From assembly GCA_013203315.1 (NCBI GenBank), contig JABMQJ010000024.1:1-47699 (forward strand): a DNA stretch of 47,699 nt. The letters are read 5' to 3'. Each line of letters starts with the position of its first letter. Position 1 is the first letter of the stretch. The DNA comes from Candidatus Omnitrophota bacterium (lineage in GTDB: Bacteria; Omnitrophota; Gorgyraeia; JABMRN01; RBG-13-46-9). The notes below the pieces were generated by a model that was given only the letters and a program-made list of their open reading frames with translations, was not told where the DNA came from and did no database searches. The translations under genes were made by a program, and so were the position numbers. This document shows positions 46,033-47,699 of the stretch, piece after piece.

Positions 46033-47169
46033 ATGAACAAGATGCATAAAAATGCCAGTAAAAAGTTAAAGATTGTACTGGATGTCTCAAAAACCGTAAG
46101 CTCTACCCTTGATCTTGACACCGTCAATGACCTTATTCTAAAAAAGGCCATATGGGCGCTCGGAACAGATCATGCCTCACTCTTTTTACCTGACGATTCA
46201 GGGAAGCATCTCATGTTGAGGGCCGCCAAAGGGTTCACTAAATACGAGATGAGCAATCTCGCCATACTCGAAAGCTGGGAGAGAATAAACCTTCAGGTAG
46301 CAAGGAGTAAGAAACCGATCATCGTAAATAATCTCAAATCTCATGCAATCTTCAAGAAGGAGAAGCTACCCTTTTCAAAGAAAGAACTCCCTCTTAATTC
46401 TTTCTTGAGTGTTCCCTTAATGGCGAAGAAGAACCAGATAGTGGGCGTCTTGATCGTAAGCAATAAGAAGGGGCATCCCAACATCTTCACAAAGAGCGAC
46501 AAAGAGCTTCTTATGACTCTGGGAAACCACGTTTCAATAGCCCTTTTAAACGCTAAACTATACAAGGGTCTGGAAGACCTCTTCATAAGTACAATAAAAT
46601 CGCTGGCTAACGCAGTTGACGCCAAGGATCCGTACACTCGCGGACATTCAGAGAGAGTCATGAGATATTCTCTGGCGATAGCGGGCAAGATGGAACTTTC
46701 GGAAGATTTTATGAAATGGCTCAAACTTTCAAGCCTCCTTCATGATGTCGGGAAGATAGGGATAAAAGACGCTATATTGGGAAAGGAGGCCAAGCTTAGC
46801 ATGGATGAGGTCAAGATCATGCAGCAGCATCCGATTATAGGGATAAATATCGTTTCATCAATAATAGGCTCTGAAAGAATAGTAAGAGGTATATCAGATC
46901 ATCATGAATGGGTCAACGGGAAAGGATATCCGAAAAAATTGACTGGTGATAAGATTTCACTTGAAGGAAAGATCATCGCTATTGCGGATACCTTTGATGC
47001 GATGACCACAAACAGACCGTATCAGAAGAAATTCACAAGCAAGGAAGCCTGCCTTGAAATAGCTCGGAATATTAATACGCAATTCTCCCCTGAGGTTACG
47101 AGGGCATTTATGCGTTCTTTCAGCGAAGAGAACCATATTTGGTGTATGCCATCAGACCTTAACCGTTAA
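46033..47169 (+). CDS. GAF plus HD-GYP cyclic-dinucleotide phosphodiesterase
   Basis: GAF (LSVPL, IVGVL), YTRGHSERV, HDVGKIG, HHE..NG.GYP, RPY. Confidence 0.93.
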   Translation: MNKMHKNASKKLKIVLDVSKTVSSTLDLDTVNDLILKKAIWALGTDHASLFLPDDSGKHLMLRAAKGFTKYEMSNLAILESWERINLQVARSKKPIIVNNLKSHAIFKKEKLPFSKKELPLNSFLSVPLMAKKNQIVGVLIVSNKKGHPNIFTKSDKELLMTLGNHVSIALLNAKLYKGLEDLFISTIKSLANAVDAKDPYTRGHSERVMRYSLAIAGKMELSEDFMKWLKLSSLLHDVGKIGIKDAILGKEAKLSMDEVKIMQQHPIIGINIVSSIIGSERIVRGISDHHEWVNGKGYPKKLTGDKISLEGKIIAIADTFDAMTTNRPYQKKFTSKEACLEIARNINTQFSPEVTRAFMRSFSEENHIWCMPSDLNR

Positions 47170-47170
47170 A

Positions 47171-47351
47171 TATGGAAAGAAAATTGCAAAAAAACACAAC
47201 TTAACTAAAGAGCGGTTAGATGAAATATCAAACGAAGGAATACTAAAATACTGGCCATGCCTAAAGATTGGATGGATAAAAAATGAATAAACCCATCAAA
47301 AAAATCATAGTGAAATCTACCCATCCCAAAGCAAAGGAGATGTTTAGGTGA
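47171..47351 (+). pseudogene. Two fused gene remnants upstream of repeat H
   Basis: Start-less frame YGKKIAKKHNLTKERLDEISNEGILKYWP..., then 22-aa MNKPIKKIIVKSTHPKAKEMFR whose first 28 nt resemble the start of the 41143 gene. Confidence 0.5.
47322..47351 (+). repeat. Gene-junction direct repeat, copy H
   Basis: CATCCCAAAGCAAAGGAGATGTTTAGGTGA, 27/30 to copy F. Confidence 0.88.
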
Positions 47352-47368
47352 TTTTGAAGCACTAAAAG

Positions 47369-47699
47369 ATGAAAAAAACTAGATTAATAATCTTAGGCAT
47401 TTTAGGTCTAGCGCTCATCGTATTATTTATCCGCTCTACATCTGTGGGCATGGCTTCATATTATAGTAATGGATTGAGAGGCAAAAAGACAGCTAGTGGA
47501 GAGCGTTATGACCCAAATAAGCTTACAGCCGCCCATAAAACTCTACCTGTTGGGACTATGGTGAAGGTAACGAATTTAGGCAATAATAAGCAGGTAGTGG
47601 TTAAGATAAATGACCGAGGTCCTTACGTAAGAGGTAGAATCATAGACCTGTCATATTCAGCAGCACGCCAGCTAGGCATGCTTAAGGACGGAGTAACGA
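47369..47699 (+). CDS. rlpA: RlpA-family lytic transglycosylase (DPBB), cut by the window end
   Basis: GMASYY...TASGE.YD...TAAHKTLP.GT.VKVTN...INDRGPY...IIDLS. Confidence 0.9.
   Translation, partial: MKKTRLIILGILGLALIVLFIRSTSVGMASYYSNGLRGKKTASGERYDPNKLTAAHKTLPVGTMVKVTNLGNNKQVVVKINDRGPYVRGRIIDLSYSAARQLGMLKDGVT

Noticed and set aside
36606-47351. Junction repeats as a CRISPR array
   Set aside because: Spacing ranges from 118 bp to over 4 kb, the intervals hold whole genes, and no cas genes are present
36606-47351. Junction repeats as classical integron attC or dif sites
   Set aside because: Too short for attC, with no RYYYAAC...GTTRRRY pair or long hairpin and no intI. ATGTTTAAAT in one copy only loosely recalls a XerD arm, and no XerC arm is evident
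1-47699. tRNA, rRNA, transposase, integrase or prophage genes
   Set aside because: None recognised by eye in the intergenic regions or the ORF set

Overview
Bacterial chromosomal window, almost all genes on the + strand. The gene mix (five PilZ proteins, a TIGR04073-like protein, ParA-CBM48, YaiO-HEAT-GT2) suggests Candidatus Omnitrophota, which is an inference only. The first ~33 kb is mostly housekeeping and signalling: hinT, panD, def, yqeY, corA, purF-guaA-purL-purQ, LOG, EamA, a D-2-hydroxyacid dehydrogenase, an FNT channel, an epimerase, DJ-1 and a putative exopolysaccharide operon. From ~33.2 kb to the end is an accessory mosaic of short, unrelated, co-oriented genes. The most striking signal there is a ~26-30 bp direct repeat (consensus CGCCCCAAAGTAAAGGAGATGTTTAGGTGA) found eight times, always at gene junctions. 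It carries stop codons in all three frames plus a Shine-Dalgarno and a GTG start, and neighbouring genes use these signals. This looks like a gene-cassette array that is neither an integron nor a CRISPR, and no recombinase is visible in the window. A second tier of REP-like/terminator repeats bounds promoter-riboswitch-gene modules. These include two paralogous c-di-GMP-I riboswitches, one with U instead of C at the ligand-pairing position, and a fluoride riboswitch. Also seen: a ~200 bp nested-palindrome MITE-like element, a candidate ~125 nt sRNA, a terminator-containing purF leader and several micro-ORFs missing from the ORF track. All calls come from reading the sequence by eye; no searches were run.
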